DNA of 64,000 bases from Escherichia coli (GCF_003019035.1 NZ_CP027447.1), one strand, 5' to 3'. Counted from the stretch's first letter, positions 1 to 12,282 are shown. Translations and numbers: made by a program. The notes: generated by a model from the sequence alone, not told the origin.

Positions 1-453
1 GAAATTTTTGCTTATCGAAAACAAAATAAAAAACAGCACGCCTGCTGCAAGTAAGTCTTGCCCGGAGCCGGGTGTTGAGCGGAAATATTCATTGACCAGA
101 AGTGCAAGGCTGGCCAGTTGAAGAATAACCTTGCCAACAAGACCGCGAACGAAAAACTGTTTCACCCTTTCTGTTGACCAGAAACAGGGGTTTTTCAAAA
201 CTTCACGTTGTTCCTCAGCTGGAAAACCATGGATGTAAACGATCCAGTGTGAGTTTTCGGTTAGTGTGAGTGCTGTTCCTGTTTCATTGAGACGGTGTAT
301 GCGCATTGATATAGCAACGGGGAAAACGATGCCGATAAAAACGATGTAAAAAAATGGGGCAGAAATACCAAATGAGGCAAGAACAATGCAAAGCAATGCG
401 ATAAGTAGCATTATGACTTTGGTAAAGAATGGCGAGAATAGCTGATAATTCAT
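1..453 (-). CDS. hypothetical integral membrane protein, N-terminal part only (gene runs off the left edge)
   Basis: Own translation of minus strand from ATG at 453-451: MNYQLFSPFFTKVIMLLIALLCIVLASFGISAPFFYIVFIGIVFPVAISMRIH..., open for about 150 codons to position 1; strongly hydrophobic; absent from ORF track because no stop lies inside the window. Confidence 0.4.
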   Translation of the reverse strand, partial: MNYQLFSPFFTKVIMLLIALLCIVLASFGISAPFFYIVFIGIVFPVAISMRIHRLNETGTALTLTENSHWIVYIHGFPAEEQREVLKNPCFWSTERVKQFFVRGLVGKVILQLASLALLVNEYFRSTPGSGQDLLAAGVLFFILFSISKNF

Positions 454-543
454 TGCAAGATCCTTTTGTTATGAAGGCAGGCAATGTATCACTGGTCATT
501 AACGACCACTATGTATGGGTGATTTTTTCGGATTTCATAAAGC

Positions 544-564
544 AAAAAGCCCGCCGAAGCGAGC
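544..564 (-). terminator. intrinsic terminator at the 3' end of the tRNA operon
   Basis: On the minus-strand RNA: GCUCGC-UUCG-GCGGGC hairpin (one G-U pair) followed by a U-run, immediately after glnX. Confidence 0.5.
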
Positions 565-574
565 TTTTTTAATG

Positions 575-649
575 TGGCTGGGGTACGAGGATTCGAACCT
601 CGGAATGCCGGAATCAGAATCCGGTGCCTTACCGCTTGGCGATACCCCA
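575..649 (-). tRNA. glnX: tRNA-Gln (anticodon CUG)
   Basis: 75-nt match to the tRNA-Gln sequence on the minus strand, ending in CCA; anticodon loop reads CUG; first gene position in the conserved operon order. Confidence 0.9.
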
Positions 650-686
650 ACTGGGTGCACTTACAAGGTAAGCGTCTTGAATAAAT

Positions 687-761
687 TGGCTGGGGTACGA
701 GGATTCGAACCTCGGAATGCCGGAATCAGAATCCGGTGCCTTACCGCTTGGCGATACCCCA
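687..761 (-). tRNA. glnV: tRNA-Gln (anticodon CUG)
   Basis: Identical 75-nt copy of the preceding tRNA-Gln(CUG). Confidence 0.9.
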
Positions 762-809
762 ACAAATTGGTTTGTGAATTTGCCGAACGCATTCGACACA
801 TTCAGAATT

Positions 810-886
810 TGGTGGCTACGACGGGATTCGAACCTGTGACCCCATCATTATGAGTGATGTGCTCTAACCAACTGAGCTACGTAGCC
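810..886 (-). tRNA. metU: elongator tRNA-Met (anticodon CAU)
   Basis: 77-nt minus-strand sequence GGCUACGUAGCUCAGUUGGUUAGAGCACAUCACUCAUAAUGAUGGGGUCACAGGUUCGAAUCCCGUCGUAGCCACCA. Confidence 0.9.
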
Positions 887-901
887 AGATTGTTTCTTCG
901 A

Positions 902-976
902 TGGCTGGGGTACCTGGATTCGAACCAGGGAATGCCGGTATCAAAAACCGGTGCCTTACCGCTTGGCGATACCCCA
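902..976 (-). tRNA. glnW: tRNA-Gln (anticodon UUG)
   Basis: 75-nt tRNA-Gln with anticodon loop reading UUG on the minus strand. Confidence 0.9.
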
Positions 977-1009
977 ATAACCGGGCGGTGAACCGCTTAC
1001 TCGAAGAAG

Positions 1010-1084
1010 ATGGCTGGGGTACCTGGATTCGAACCAGGGAATGCCGGTATCAAAAACCGGTGCCTTACCGCTTGGCGATACCCC
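1010..1084 (-). tRNA. glnU: tRNA-Gln (anticodon UUG)
   Basis: Identical copy of the tRNA-Gln(UUG) gene. Confidence 0.9.
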
Positions 1085-1108
1085 ATCCGTACAACGCTTT
1101 CTGGTGAA

Positions 1109-1193
1109 TGGTGCGGGAGGCGAGACTTGAACTCGCACACCTTGCGGCGCCAGAACCTAAATCTGGTGCGTCTACCAATTTCGCCACTCCCGC
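1109..1193 (-). tRNA. leuW: tRNA-Leu (anticodon UAG)
   Basis: 85-nt class II tRNA on the minus strand with long variable arm; anticodon loop UUUAGGU. Confidence 0.9.
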
Positions 1194-1201
1194 AAAAAAG
1201 A

Positions 1202-1278
1202 TGGTGGCTACGACGGGATTCGAACCTGTGACCCCATCATTATGAGTGATGTGCTCTAACCAACTGAGCTACGTAGCC
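1202..1278 (-). tRNA. metT: elongator tRNA-Met (anticodon CAU)
   Basis: 77-nt sequence identical to metU; first gene of the operon (promoter lies at higher coordinates). Confidence 0.9.
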
Positions 1279-1610
1279 ATCTTTTTTTTCGCGATACCTT
1301 ATCGGCGTTGCGGGGCGCATTATGCGTATAGAGCCTTGCAGCGTCAACCTCTTTTTCAAGGAAAATTGCTCGAAAGTGACTGTTTGGTTAGGTTGCGAAC
1401 AGCGTGGCGCTATATTCGTCAATTATTGTTTACTTTGTGTTTTTTCCCCACCCTACAGCCATTCTTTTGTCATACAGGATGAAATTCGGAATTCAACAAT
1501 AGTGGTGGGAAATTAATCTATGAAATACTGGCCCGTTGCAACAGGACAGGGCAGGGATCGCTACGCCTGCATCTCTGCTACCACTTCAGGCGATTTATTG
1601 AGGGAATACT

Positions 1611-2048
1611 ATGCTGCGTTTTATGACGGCGCTGATGGGTGCGTTATTACTTATGCAATCTGCGTTTGCCGATACGGTCAAACCGGAAATCGGTAAATAT
1701 GTTTTTGGCTATCGTGGGCAGGAAGGCGCTGTGGTGTGGATGATGCGGATAGGGCCGAAAGCCTCTAATGAAGCCCTCATTCAGGTATCGCATGTTGATA
1801 ATGACATCGATGGCCAGATTTTTCGCTGTAAAGTGAAAGCATTACAGGAAGGTGAAAAATCCTATACCGCCGTAATTAAGGGCAAATCTTTTGAGTTATT
1901 ACGCCTGAAAGAGGGGAATGGCAGCCTGCATATTCCGGATGAGCAGGCGACCTGGTCGGTGGCCTACAGTGATGAATTGTCAAACAGTGATGTGGCAAAC
2001 CCGGAACATTTCCTTACTGCATATCAGAATCAACAAGCACCTCAATAA
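1611..2048 (+). CDS. hypothetical small secreted (periplasmic) protein, 145 aa
   Basis: ORF with GAGGGA Shine-Dalgarno 7 nt upstream of ATG; N-terminal signal peptide MLRFMTALMGALLLMQSAFA followed by DT; followed by a strong hairpin terminator; not recognised by me as a named gene. Confidence 0.55.
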   Translation: MLRFMTALMGALLLMQSAFADTVKPEIGKYVFGYRGQEGAVVWMMRIGPKASNEALIQVSHVDNDIDGQIFRCKVKALQEGEKSYTAVIKGKSFELLRLKEGNGSLHIPDEQATWSVAYSDELSNSDVANPEHFLTAYQNQQAPQ

Positions 2049-2051
2049 CTG

Positions 2052-2081
2052 AAACAGCCCCGGATTTTACCGGGGCTGTTT
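2052..2081. terminator. bidirectional hairpin terminator between convergent ORF 1611-2048 and asnB
   Basis: AAACAGCCCCGG-ATTTTAC-CGGGGCTGTTT perfect inverted repeat flanked by A- and T-runs. Confidence 0.6.
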
Positions 2082-2089
2082 CGCATTTC

Positions 2090-3754
2090 TTACTTGTACG
2101 CCGACTGGTGAACACCAACCGCACGACCAGATGGATCGTCCATTTTTTTGAACGCTTCATCCCATTCGATCGCTTTAGCGGAAGAACACGCGACGGAAGG
2201 ACCGCCCGGCACGCACTCAGCGGCGCTCGGAAGCGGGAACAGTTCTTCAAAGATCTCGCGGTACAGATACGCTTCTTTGGACGTCGGCGTGTTGTACGGG
2301 AAGCGGAAGCGGGCAGTTTCCAGCTGTTGATCAGAAACCTGCTGCGCCGCCACTTCTTTCAGGGTGTCGATCCAACTGTAACCGACGCCATCGGAGAACT
2401 GCTCTTTCTGCCGCCAGGCCACGCTTGCGGGCAGATACGCTTCAAAACATTCACGCAGGATGTGTTTTTCCATTTTGCCGTTACCGCACATTTTATCCTG
2501 TGGGTTAATGCGCATCGCCACGTCGAGGAATTTTTTGTCGAGGAACGGAACGCGTGCTTCCACGCCCCAGGCTGACATCGCTTTGTTGGCACGCGCGCAG
2601 TCATACATATGCAGGGCCAGCAGTTTACGCACCGTCTCTTCATGCAGTTCTTTGGCATTCGGCGCTTTGTGGAAGTATAGATAACCGCCAAACACTTCAT
2701 CAGATCCTTCACCGGACAGCACCATTTTAATGCCCATCGCCTTGATCTTACGCGACATTAAATACATCGGTGTTGAAGCGCGGATTGTCGTCACGTCATA
2801 GGTTTCGATGTGGTAAATCACGTCGCGGATGGCGTCCAGACCTTCCTGTACAGTGAAGTGAATTTCATGATGCACAGTGCCCAGATGGTTTGCCACTTCC
2901 TGGGCTGCCTTCAGATCCGGTGAACCCGGCAGACCTACAGCAAAGGAGTGCAGCTGCGGCCACCAGGCTTCAGAGCGTTCCTGATCTTCCACGCGACGGG
3001 CTGCGTATTTCTTGGTGATCGCGGAAATAATTGAGGAATCCAGGCCACCAGATAGCAGCACACCGTAAGGCACATCAGACATCAGATGGCTTTTAACGGA
3101 TTCTTCCAGTGCCTGACGCAGCTCGTTTTTGTCGGTCACGTTATCTTTCACCGCATCGTAGTCGAACCAGTCGCGATGATAATAAGAACGGATTTCGCCG
3201 TCCTGACTCCACAAATAGCTCCCCGCCGGGAACTCTTTAATCGTGCGGCATACCGGCACCAGGGCTTTCATTTCTGAGGCCACATACAGCTGACCATGTT
3301 CGTCATAGCCCATATACAGTGGGATGATCCCCAGATGGTCGCGACCAATCAGATATGCATCTTTTTCGCTGTCGTACAGGGCAAAGGCAAACATGCCCTG
3401 CAAGTCGTCAAGAAATTCCGGCCCTTTTTCCTGATACAGCGCGAGGATCACTTCGCAGTCAGATCCGGTCTGGAACTGATAACGATCGCCATATTCAGCG
3501 CGCAGTGCCTGGTGGTTGTAGATTTCACCGTTTACCGCCAGTACGTGGGTTTTTTGTTGGTTGTAGAGAGGTTGCGCCCCCGCGTTAACGTCAACAATTG
3601 ACAGACGTTCGTGGGCGAGAATGGCGTTATCGCTGGCATAAATACCGGACCAGTCCGGGCCACGATGACGCATCAGGCGTGACAGCTCGAGGGCTTTCTT
3701 CCGCAGCTCAACTGCGTCTGTTTTGATATCGAATACGCCAAAAATTGAACACAT
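2090..3754 (-). CDS. asnB: asparagine synthetase B (glutamine-hydrolysing)
   Basis: Translation begins MCSIFGVFDIKTD (N-terminal Cys nucleophile), 554 aa; track ORF extends upstream to an earlier in-frame ATG, trimmed here. Confidence 0.95.
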   Translation of the reverse strand: MCSIFGVFDIKTDAVELRKKALELSRLMRHRGPDWSGIYASDNAILAHERLSIVDVNAGAQPLYNQQKTHVLAVNGEIYNHQALRAEYGDRYQFQTGSDCEVILALYQEKGPEFLDDLQGMFAFALYDSEKDAYLIGRDHLGIIPLYMGYDEHGQLYVASEMKALVPVCRTIKEFPAGSYLWSQDGEIRSYYHRDWFDYDAVKDNVTDKNELRQALEESVKSHLMSDVPYGVLLSGGLDSSIISAITKKYAARRVEDQERSEAWWPQLHSFAVGLPGSPDLKAAQEVANHLGTVHHEIHFTVQEGLDAIRDVIYHIETYDVTTIRASTPMYLMSRKIKAMGIKMVLSGEGSDEVFGGYLYFHKAPNAKELHEETVRKLLALHMYDCARANKAMSAWGVEARVPFLDKKFLDVAMRINPQDKMCGNGKMEKHILRECFEAYLPASVAWRQKEQFSDGVGYSWIDTLKEVAAQQVSDQQLETARFRFPYNTPTSKEAYLYREIFEELFPLPSAAECVPGGPSVACSSAKAIEWDEAFKKMDDPSGRAVGVHQSAYK

Positions 3755-4010
3755 AACCTTCTCCGTTAACCTGGTATTTGTTGCTTGTTGTGTTTGCTTG
3801 TTTAAAAAAATGCCGCAAAGCAGCACTGTGCGCAAGCGATTTGGCGGTGGAAAAATAAAAAACGTAATGGCGATTGCTGATTTGTGAAAAAGGATAGGGT
3901 GTGGTGACGTATTTATTGATGGATCGATAATTTTGGGCGGGTTTTATTGAATAGGATGATTTTAATGATGGCTAAAAATAAGAAACCACGCCCTGAGGCG
4001 TGGTTGCTAT

Positions 4011-4763
4011 TCAGATAACGTCGATTTCAGCGACCGACGGGTAAATCCAGCTTGGGCGGAACGGCATACTGTCGATATCGTCGAGCGACGAAACACCAGA
4101 AAGCACCAGAATCGTCTCCAGACCCGCCTGGAAGCCCGCCAGAATATCGGTACGCAGGTTATCGCCGACAATCACCGTTTCTTCCGAATGCGCCTGCATT
4201 TTGTTTAATGCCGCGCGGATGATCCACGGACTCGGCTTACCAACATAGAACGGTTTACGTCCGGAGATTTTTTCGATGCCTGCACACAACGCGCCACAGG
4301 CCGGATAAAAACCGCGCCCGTGGGTGTCCGGGTTGGTGGCGATAAAGCGTGCACCGTTAGCGACGAAATAGGCTGCTTTATGCATCATGTCCCAGTTGTA
4401 GGAACGCGTTTCGCCAACAATCACGAAATCAGGGTTCACATCGGTAATAGTGAAACCGGCTTTGTACAGTTCATGAATCAGTGCGCCTTCGCCCACCACA
4501 TACGCTTTCTTGCCTTCCTGGCGACGCAGGAAATCGGCGGTCGCCATTGCAGAGGTATAAAACACGCTGTCAGGTACATCGACACCGGCAGTGGCAAAGC
4601 GGTTCGCCAGATCTTGCCCGGTCTGCGAAGGATAGTTGGTCAGCAACACCAGCGGCAGGCCTTTATCCATAATCCCGTGCAAAAATTCCGCTGCACCCGG
4701 TACGGCGACGTTATCGTGCATCAGCACGCCGTCGATATCGCAAATTACATTTTTAATGGTCAT
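4011..4763 (-). CDS. nagD: UMP phosphatase, HAD superfamily
   Basis: 250 aa starting MTIKNVICDIDGVL (HAD DxDGV motif); conserved position after nagC. Confidence 0.9.
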   Translation of the reverse strand: MTIKNVICDIDGVLMHDNVAVPGAAEFLHGIMDKGLPLVLLTNYPSQTGQDLANRFATAGVDVPDSVFYTSAMATADFLRRQEGKKAYVVGEGALIHELYKAGFTITDVNPDFVIVGETRSYNWDMMHKAAYFVANGARFIATNPDTHGRGFYPACGALCAGIEKISGRKPFYVGKPSPWIIRAALNKMQAHSEETVIVGDNLRTDILAGFQAGLETILVLSGVSSLDDIDSMPFRPSWIYPSVAEIDVI

Positions 4764-4810
4764 GGACTACCCAGAATATTGACAACAATAAGCGCCACTA
4801 TAAAAGCACA

Positions 4811-6031
4811 TTAATTTTCCAGCAAATGCTGGAGCAAAATACCGTTGAGCATGGCGCGTTTTACCAGCGCAAAAGCGCCGATTGCCGAGCGGTGATCCAG
4901 CTCAGAACGTACCACCGGCAGATTAGTGCGAAACGCCTTCAGCGCCTGGGTATTAATGCAGCTTTCAATAGCAGGGAGCAGCACTTTATCGGCTTCGGTG
5001 ATTTCACCAGCAATAACAATTTTTTGCGGATTAAATAAGTTGATAGCAATGGCGATGGTTTTACCCAGATGACGACCGACATACTCAATCACTTCCGAGG
5101 CCAGGCTATCGCCTTTGTTCGCGGCTTTGCAGATAGTTTTGATGGTGCAGTCGTCCAGTGGCACACGGCTCTGGTAGCCCTGCTTTAACAGATTCAACAC
5201 CCGTTGTTCAATGGCAGCGTTGGCGGCGATAGTTTCCAGGCAGCCAAAGTTGCCACAGTGGCAGCGTTCACCCAGCGGTTCGACCTGAATATGGCCAATT
5301 TCACCGACGTTGCCGTTGCGCCCGATAAAAATTCGCCCGTTAGAGATAATCCCGGCCCCGGTTCCACGATGGACACGCACCAGAATGGAGTCTTCGCAAT
5401 CCTGACTTGCACCGAAGTAGTGCTCTGCCAGCGCCAGACTGCGGATATCGTGGCCGACAAAACAGGTCACTTTAAAACGTTCTTCCAGTGCTTCTACCAG
5501 CCCCCAGTTTTCTACCTGAATATGCGGCATGTAATGAATTTTGCCGCTGTCCGGGTCAACAAGTCCTGGCAGGATCACGGAAATGGCGATCAGCTCGCGC
5601 AGTTTGCGCTGGTAGCTATCAATAAACTGAGCAATGGCGTTAAGCAGGGCATGTTCCAGCGTCTGCTGGGTACGTTCCGGCAGCGGGTAATGTTCTTCTG
5701 CCAGCACTTTGCTACTAAGATCAAACAGAGTGATGGTGGCGTCGTGACGACCAAGCCGTACGCCGATTGCGTGGAAATTGCGGGTTTCGGTGACGATAGA
5801 GATAGCGCGGCGGCCCCCGGTGGAGGCCTGCTGATCAACTTCTTTGATCAGCCCGCGTTCGATAAGCTGACGCGTAATTTTGGTTACGCTGGCGGGGGCA
5901 AGCTGACTTTGCTCGGCAATCTGAATCCGCGAGATTGGTCCGTACTGGTCAATCAGGCGATAAACCGCCGCGCTGTTAAGCTGTTTTACGAGATCAACAT
6001 TACCTATCTGAGCTTGTCCGCCTGGTGTCAT
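4811..6031 (-). CDS. nagC: N-acetylglucosamine repressor, ROK family
   Basis: 406 aa, N-terminal HTH plus ROK sugar-kinase-like fold; nag operon context. Confidence 0.9.
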   Translation of the reverse strand: MTPGGQAQIGNVDLVKQLNSAAVYRLIDQYGPISRIQIAEQSQLAPASVTKITRQLIERGLIKEVDQQASTGGRRAISIVTETRNFHAIGVRLGRHDATITLFDLSSKVLAEEHYPLPERTQQTLEHALLNAIAQFIDSYQRKLRELIAISVILPGLVDPDSGKIHYMPHIQVENWGLVEALEERFKVTCFVGHDIRSLALAEHYFGASQDCEDSILVRVHRGTGAGIISNGRIFIGRNGNVGEIGHIQVEPLGERCHCGNFGCLETIAANAAIEQRVLNLLKQGYQSRVPLDDCTIKTICKAANKGDSLASEVIEYVGRHLGKTIAIAINLFNPQKIVIAGEITEADKVLLPAIESCINTQALKAFRTNLPVVRSELDHRSAIGAFALVKRAMLNGILLQHLLEN

Positions 6032-6039
6032 ACTTTCTC

Positions 6040-8048
<2,009 letters not shown>

Positions 8049-8380
8049 TATTCACCTCAATAAGTAAAATGTAAGCCGTTGGCGGATTAGGCATCTTTAA
8101 GCGTAACCTGGATTTGCGCAGACAGGCGTCAATCCGACCTGATTTTTTGAATGATAAAATAAGTTTTCTGGTTTAGCCAGTAAAAGGGAGTGATGATAAC
8201 GATATTTGGTGACAAAACTCACAAAAGACACGCGTTTAATTTGCGATACGAATTAAATTTTCACACACTCTGTAGCAGATGATCTAACAATCTGATTACA
8301 GAACATCGGCAGTACAATTTGCAGCAAAATAAAAATACGGCTTTAAACGAGCCAAATAGGGTTCTCGTAGGGGGAATAAG
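8049..8380. promoter_or_regulatory. divergent nagB / nagE promoter region
   Basis: 332-bp AT-rich intergenic region between divergently oriented nagB and nagE; in this family it holds CRP and NagC operators, but individual sites were not mapped here. Confidence 0.5.
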
Positions 8381-10327
8381 ATGAATATTTTAGGTTTTTT
8401 CCAGCGACTCGGTAGGGCGTTACAGCTCCCTATCGCGGTGCTGCCGGTGGCGGCGCTGTTGCTGCGATTCGGTCAGCCAGATTTACTTAACGTTGCGTTT
8501 ATTGCCCAGGCGGGCGGTGCGATTTTTGATAACCTCGCATTAATCTTCGCCATCGGTGTGGCATCCAGCTGGTCGAAAGACAGCGCAGGTGCGGCGGCAC
8601 TGGCGGGTGCGGTAGGTTACTTTGTGTTAACCAAAGCGATGGTTACCATCAACCCAGAAATTAACATGGGTGTACTGGCGGGTATCATTACCGGTCTGGT
8701 TGGTGGCGCAGCTTATAACCGTTGGTCCGATATTAAACTGCCGGACTTCCTGAGTTTCTTCGGCGGCAAACGCTTTGTGCCGATTGCCACCGGCTTCTTC
8801 TGCCTGGTGCTGGCGGCCATTTTTGGTTACGTCTGGCCGCCGGTACAGCACGCTATCCATGCAGGCGGCGAGTGGATCGTTTCTGCGGGCGCGCTGGGTT
8901 CCGGTATCTTTGGTTTCATCAACCGTCTGCTGATCCCAACCGGTCTGCATCAGGTGCTGAACACCATCGCCTGGTTCCAGATTGGTGAATTCACCAACGC
9001 GGCGGGTACGGTTTTCCACGGTGATATCAACCGCTTCTATGCCGGTGACGGCACCGCGGGGATGTTCATGTCCGGCTTCTTCCCGATCATGATGTTCGGT
9101 CTGCCGGGTGCGGCGCTGGCGATGTACTTCGCAGCACCGAAAGAGCGCCGTCCGATGGTTGGCGGGATGTTGCTTTCTGTTGCTGTTACTGCGTTCCTGA
9201 CCGGTGTGACTGAGCCGCTGGAATTCCTGTTCATGTTCCTTGCACCGCTGCTGTACCTCCTGCACGCACTGCTGACCGGTATCAGCCTGTTTGTGGCAAC
9301 GTTGCTGGGTATCCATGCCGGCTTCTCTTTCTCTGCGGGGGCTATCGACTACGCGTTGATGTATAACCTGCCGGCCGCCAGCCAGAACGTCTGGATGCTG
9401 CTGGTGATGGGGGTTGTCTTCTTCGCTATCTACTTCGTGGTGTTCAGTTTGGTTATCCGCATGTTCAACCTGAAAACGCCAGGTCGTGAAGATAAAGAAG
9501 ACGAGATCGTTACTGAAGAGGCTAACAGCAATACTGAAGAAGGTCTCAATCAACTGGCAACCAACTATATTGCTGCGGTTGGCGGTACTGACAACCTGAA
9601 AGCCATTGACGCCTGTATTACTCGTCTGCGCCTGACCGTGGTTGACTCAGCTCGCGTCAACGATGCGATGTGTAAACGTCTGGGGGCTTCTGGGGTAGTG
9701 AAACTGAACAAACAGACTATTCAGGTGATTGTTGGCGCGAAAGCGGAATCCATTGGCGATGCAATGAAGAAAGTTGTTGCCCGTGGTCCGGTAGCCGCTG
9801 CGTCAGCTGAAACTGCTCCGGCAACTGCCGCGCCTGTAGCAAAACCGCAGGCTGTACCAAACGCAGTATCTATCGCGGAGCTGGTATCGCCGATTACCGG
9901 TGATGTTGTGGCACTGGATCAGGTTCCTGACGAAGCATTCGCCAGCAAAGCGGTGGGTGACGGTGTGGCGGTGAAACCGACAGATAAAATCGTCGTATCA
10001 CCAGCCGCAGGGACTATCGTGAAAATCTTCAACACCAACCACGCATTCTGCCTGGAAACTGAAAAAGGCGCGGAGATTGTCGTCCATATGGGTATCGACA
10101 CCGTAGCGCTGGAAGGTAAAGGCTTTAAACGTCTGGTGGAAGAGGGCGCGCAAGTAAGCGCAGGGCAACCGATTCTGGAAATGGATCTGGATTATCTGAA
10201 CGAAAACGCCCGCTCGATGATTAGCCCGGTGGTTTGCAGCAATATCGACGATTTCAGCGGCTTGATCATTAAAGCTCAGGGCCATGTCGTGGCGGGTCAA
10301 ACGCCGCTGTATGAAATCAAAAAGTAA
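8381..10327 (+). CDS. nagE: PTS N-acetylglucosamine-specific EIICBA component
   Basis: 648 aa; membrane EIIC domain followed by EIIB and EIIA domains. Confidence 0.95.
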   Translation: MNILGFFQRLGRALQLPIAVLPVAALLLRFGQPDLLNVAFIAQAGGAIFDNLALIFAIGVASSWSKDSAGAAALAGAVGYFVLTKAMVTINPEINMGVLAGIITGLVGGAAYNRWSDIKLPDFLSFFGGKRFVPIATGFFCLVLAAIFGYVWPPVQHAIHAGGEWIVSAGALGSGIFGFINRLLIPTGLHQVLNTIAWFQIGEFTNAAGTVFHGDINRFYAGDGTAGMFMSGFFPIMMFGLPGAALAMYFAAPKERRPMVGGMLLSVAVTAFLTGVTEPLEFLFMFLAPLLYLLHALLTGISLFVATLLGIHAGFSFSAGAIDYALMYNLPAASQNVWMLLVMGVVFFAIYFVVFSLVIRMFNLKTPGREDKEDEIVTEEANSNTEEGLNQLATNYIAAVGGTDNLKAIDACITRLRLTVVDSARVNDAMCKRLGASGVVKLNKQTIQVIVGAKAESIGDAMKKVVARGPVAAASAETAPATAAPVAKPQAVPNAVSIAELVSPITGDVVALDQVPDEAFASKAVGDGVAVKPTDKIVVSPAAGTIVKIFNTNHAFCLETEKGAEIVVHMGIDTVALEGKGFKRLVEEGAQVSAGQPILEMDLDYLNENARSMISPVVCSNIDDFSGLIIKAQGHVVAGQTPLYEIKK

Positions 10328-10335
10328 TCTTCTTT

Positions 10336-10410
10336 ATGCCTGATGCGACGCTTGAGCGTCGCATCCAACAATGACAAGCGGTGGAGATCTTCTCTGCCGC
10401 TTTTTTTTTC
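10336..10410 (+). terminator. REP-like hairpin plus T-run after nagE
   Basis: GATGCGACGC-TTGAG-CGTCGCATC palindrome followed by GCCGC and a run of nine T. Confidence 0.5.
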
Positions 10411-10529
10411 ATCAATCATCCCCATAATCTCAGTGAGATTTTCGATTTTCACTAACTAACAGTTGTCAGCCTGTCCCGCTTATAAGATCATACGCCGTTA
10501 TACGTTGTTTACGCTTTGAGGAATCCACG

Positions 10530-12194
10530 ATGAGTGAGGCAGAAGCCCGCCCGACTAACTTTATTCGTCAGATCATCGATGAAGATCTGGCCAGTGGTAA
10601 GCACACCACAGTACACACCCGTTTCCCGCCAGAGCCGAATGGCTATCTGCATATTGGCCATGCGAAATCTATCTGCCTGAACTTCGGGATCGCCCAGGAC
10701 TATAAAGGCCAGTGCAACCTGCGTTTCGACGACACTAACCCGGTAAAAGAAGATATCGAGTATGTCGATTCGATCAAAAACGACGTAGAGTGGTTAGGTT
10801 TTCACTGGTCTGGTAACGTCCGTTACTCCTCCGATTATTTTGATCAGCTCCACGCCTATGCGATCGAACTGATCAATAAAGGCCTGGCGTACGTTGATGA
10901 ACTGACGCCGGAACAGATCCGCGAATACCGTGGCACCCTGACGCAGCCGGGTAAAAACAGCCCGTACCGCAACCGCAGCGTTGAAGAGAACCTGGCGCTG
11001 TTCGAGAAAATGCGTACCGGCGGTTTTGAAGAAGGTAAAGCCTGCCTGCGTGCGAAAATCGACATGGCGTCGCCATTTATCGTAATGCGCGATCCGGTGC
11101 TGTACCGCATTAAATTTGCTGAACACCACCAGACTGGCAACAAGTGGTGCATCTACCCGATGTACGACTTCACACACTGCATCAGCGATGCGCTGGAAGG
11201 TATTACGCACTCTCTGTGTACGCTTGAGTTCCAGGACAACCGTCGCCTGTACGACTGGGTGCTGGACAACATCACCATTCCTGTTCACCCGCGCCAGTAC
11301 GAATTCTCGCGCCTGAATCTGGAATACACTGTGATGTCCAAGCGTAAGCTGAACCTGCTGGTGACCGACAAGCACGTTGAAGGCTGGGATGACCCGCGTA
11401 TGCCGACCATTTCCGGTCTGCGTCGTCGTGGTTACACTGCGGCTTCTATTCGTGAGTTCTGCAAACGCATTGGTGTGACCAAGCAGGACAACACCATTGA
11501 GATGGCGTCACTGGAATCCTGCATCCGTGAAGATCTCAACGAAAATGCGCCGCGCGCAATGGCGGTTATCGATCCGGTGAAACTGGTTATCGAAAACTAC
11601 CAGGGCGAAGGCGAAATGGTTACCATGCCGAACCATCCGAATAAACCGGAAATGGGCAGCCGTCAGGTGCCATTTAGCGGTGAGATTTGGATCGATCGCG
11701 CCGATTTCCGCGAAGAAGCTAACAAGCAGTACAAACGTCTGGTGCTGGGTAAAGAAGTGCGTCTGCGTAATGCTTACGTCATTAAGGCAGAACGCGTGGA
11801 GAAAGATGCCGAAGGCAATATCACCACCATCTTCTGTACTTATGACGCCGACACCTTAAGCAAAGATCCGGCAGATGGTCGTAAAGTGAAAGGTGTTATC
11901 CACTGGGTGAGCGCGGCACATGCGCTGCCGGTTGAAATCCGTTTGTATGACCGTCTGTTCAGCGTGCCGAACCCTGGTGCTGCGGATGATTTCCTGTCGG
12001 TGATTAACCCGGAATCGCTGGTGATCAAACAGGGCTTTGCTGAACCGTCGCTGAAAGATGCGGTTGCGGGTAAAGCATTCCAGTTTGAGCGTGAAGGTTA
12101 CTTCTGCCTCGACAGCCGCCATTCTACGGCGGAAAAACCGGTATTTAACCGCACCGTTGGGCTGCGTGATACCTGGGCGAAAGTAGGCGAGTAA
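10530..12194 (+). CDS. glnS: glutaminyl-tRNA synthetase
   Basis: 554 aa starting [24 protein letters not shown] motif (HIGH at [12 protein letters not shown]). Confidence 0.95.
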   Translation: MSEAEARPTNFIRQIIDEDLASGKHTTVHTRFPPEPNGYLHIGHAKSICLNFGIAQDYKGQCNLRFDDTNPVKEDIEYVDSIKNDVEWLGFHWSGNVRYSSDYFDQLHAYAIELINKGLAYVDELTPEQIREYRGTLTQPGKNSPYRNRSVEENLALFEKMRTGGFEEGKACLRAKIDMASPFIVMRDPVLYRIKFAEHHQTGNKWCIYPMYDFTHCISDALEGITHSLCTLEFQDNRRLYDWVLDNITIPVHPRQYEFSRLNLEYTVMSKRKLNLLVTDKHVEGWDDPRMPTISGLRRRGYTAASIREFCKRIGVTKQDNTIEMASLESCIREDLNENAPRAMAVIDPVKLVIENYQGEGEMVTMPNHPNKPEMGSRQVPFSGEIWIDRADFREEANKQYKRLVLGKEVRLRNAYVIKAERVEKDAEGNITTIFCTYDADTLSKDPADGRKVKGVIHWVSAAHALPVEIRLYDRLFSVPNPGAADDFLSVINPESLVIKQGFAEPSLKDAVAGKAFQFEREGYFCLDSRHSTAEKPVFNRTVGLRDTWAKVGE

Positions 12195-12205
12195 GTTTAC
12201 GTTGT

Positions 12206-12282
12206 CGGATAGAGCGTTCACGCCGCATCCGGCAAAAAATAGCAAACAAACCCAAACGCCGCGCTCCGCGGCGTTTTTTTTC
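12206..12282 (+). terminator. REP element plus intrinsic terminator after glnS
   Basis: REP-like CGGATAGAGCGTTCACGCCGCATCCGGCA, then AACGCCGCGCTCCGCGGCGTTTTTTTT hairpin with T-run. Confidence 0.6.

Noticed and set aside
575-1084. Near-identical 75-bp direct repeats with short spacers (possible CRISPR-like array)
   Set aside because: The repeats are complete tRNA-Gln genes with cloverleaf structure and CCA ends, and the spacers contain other tRNAs; no cas genes are present.
515-1482. Track ORFs 515-853, 901-1107, 956-1138, 1010-1231, 1246-1482 overlapping the tRNA cluster
   Set aside because: They read through tRNA genes and the repeated tRNA-Gln copies (peptides such as MAGVPGFEPGNAGI recur); they are artefacts of translating structural RNA.
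8627-9553. 308-aa minus-strand ORF antisense to nagE
   Set aside because: Inside the nagE membrane domain on the opposite strand; His/Gln/Arg-rich translation.
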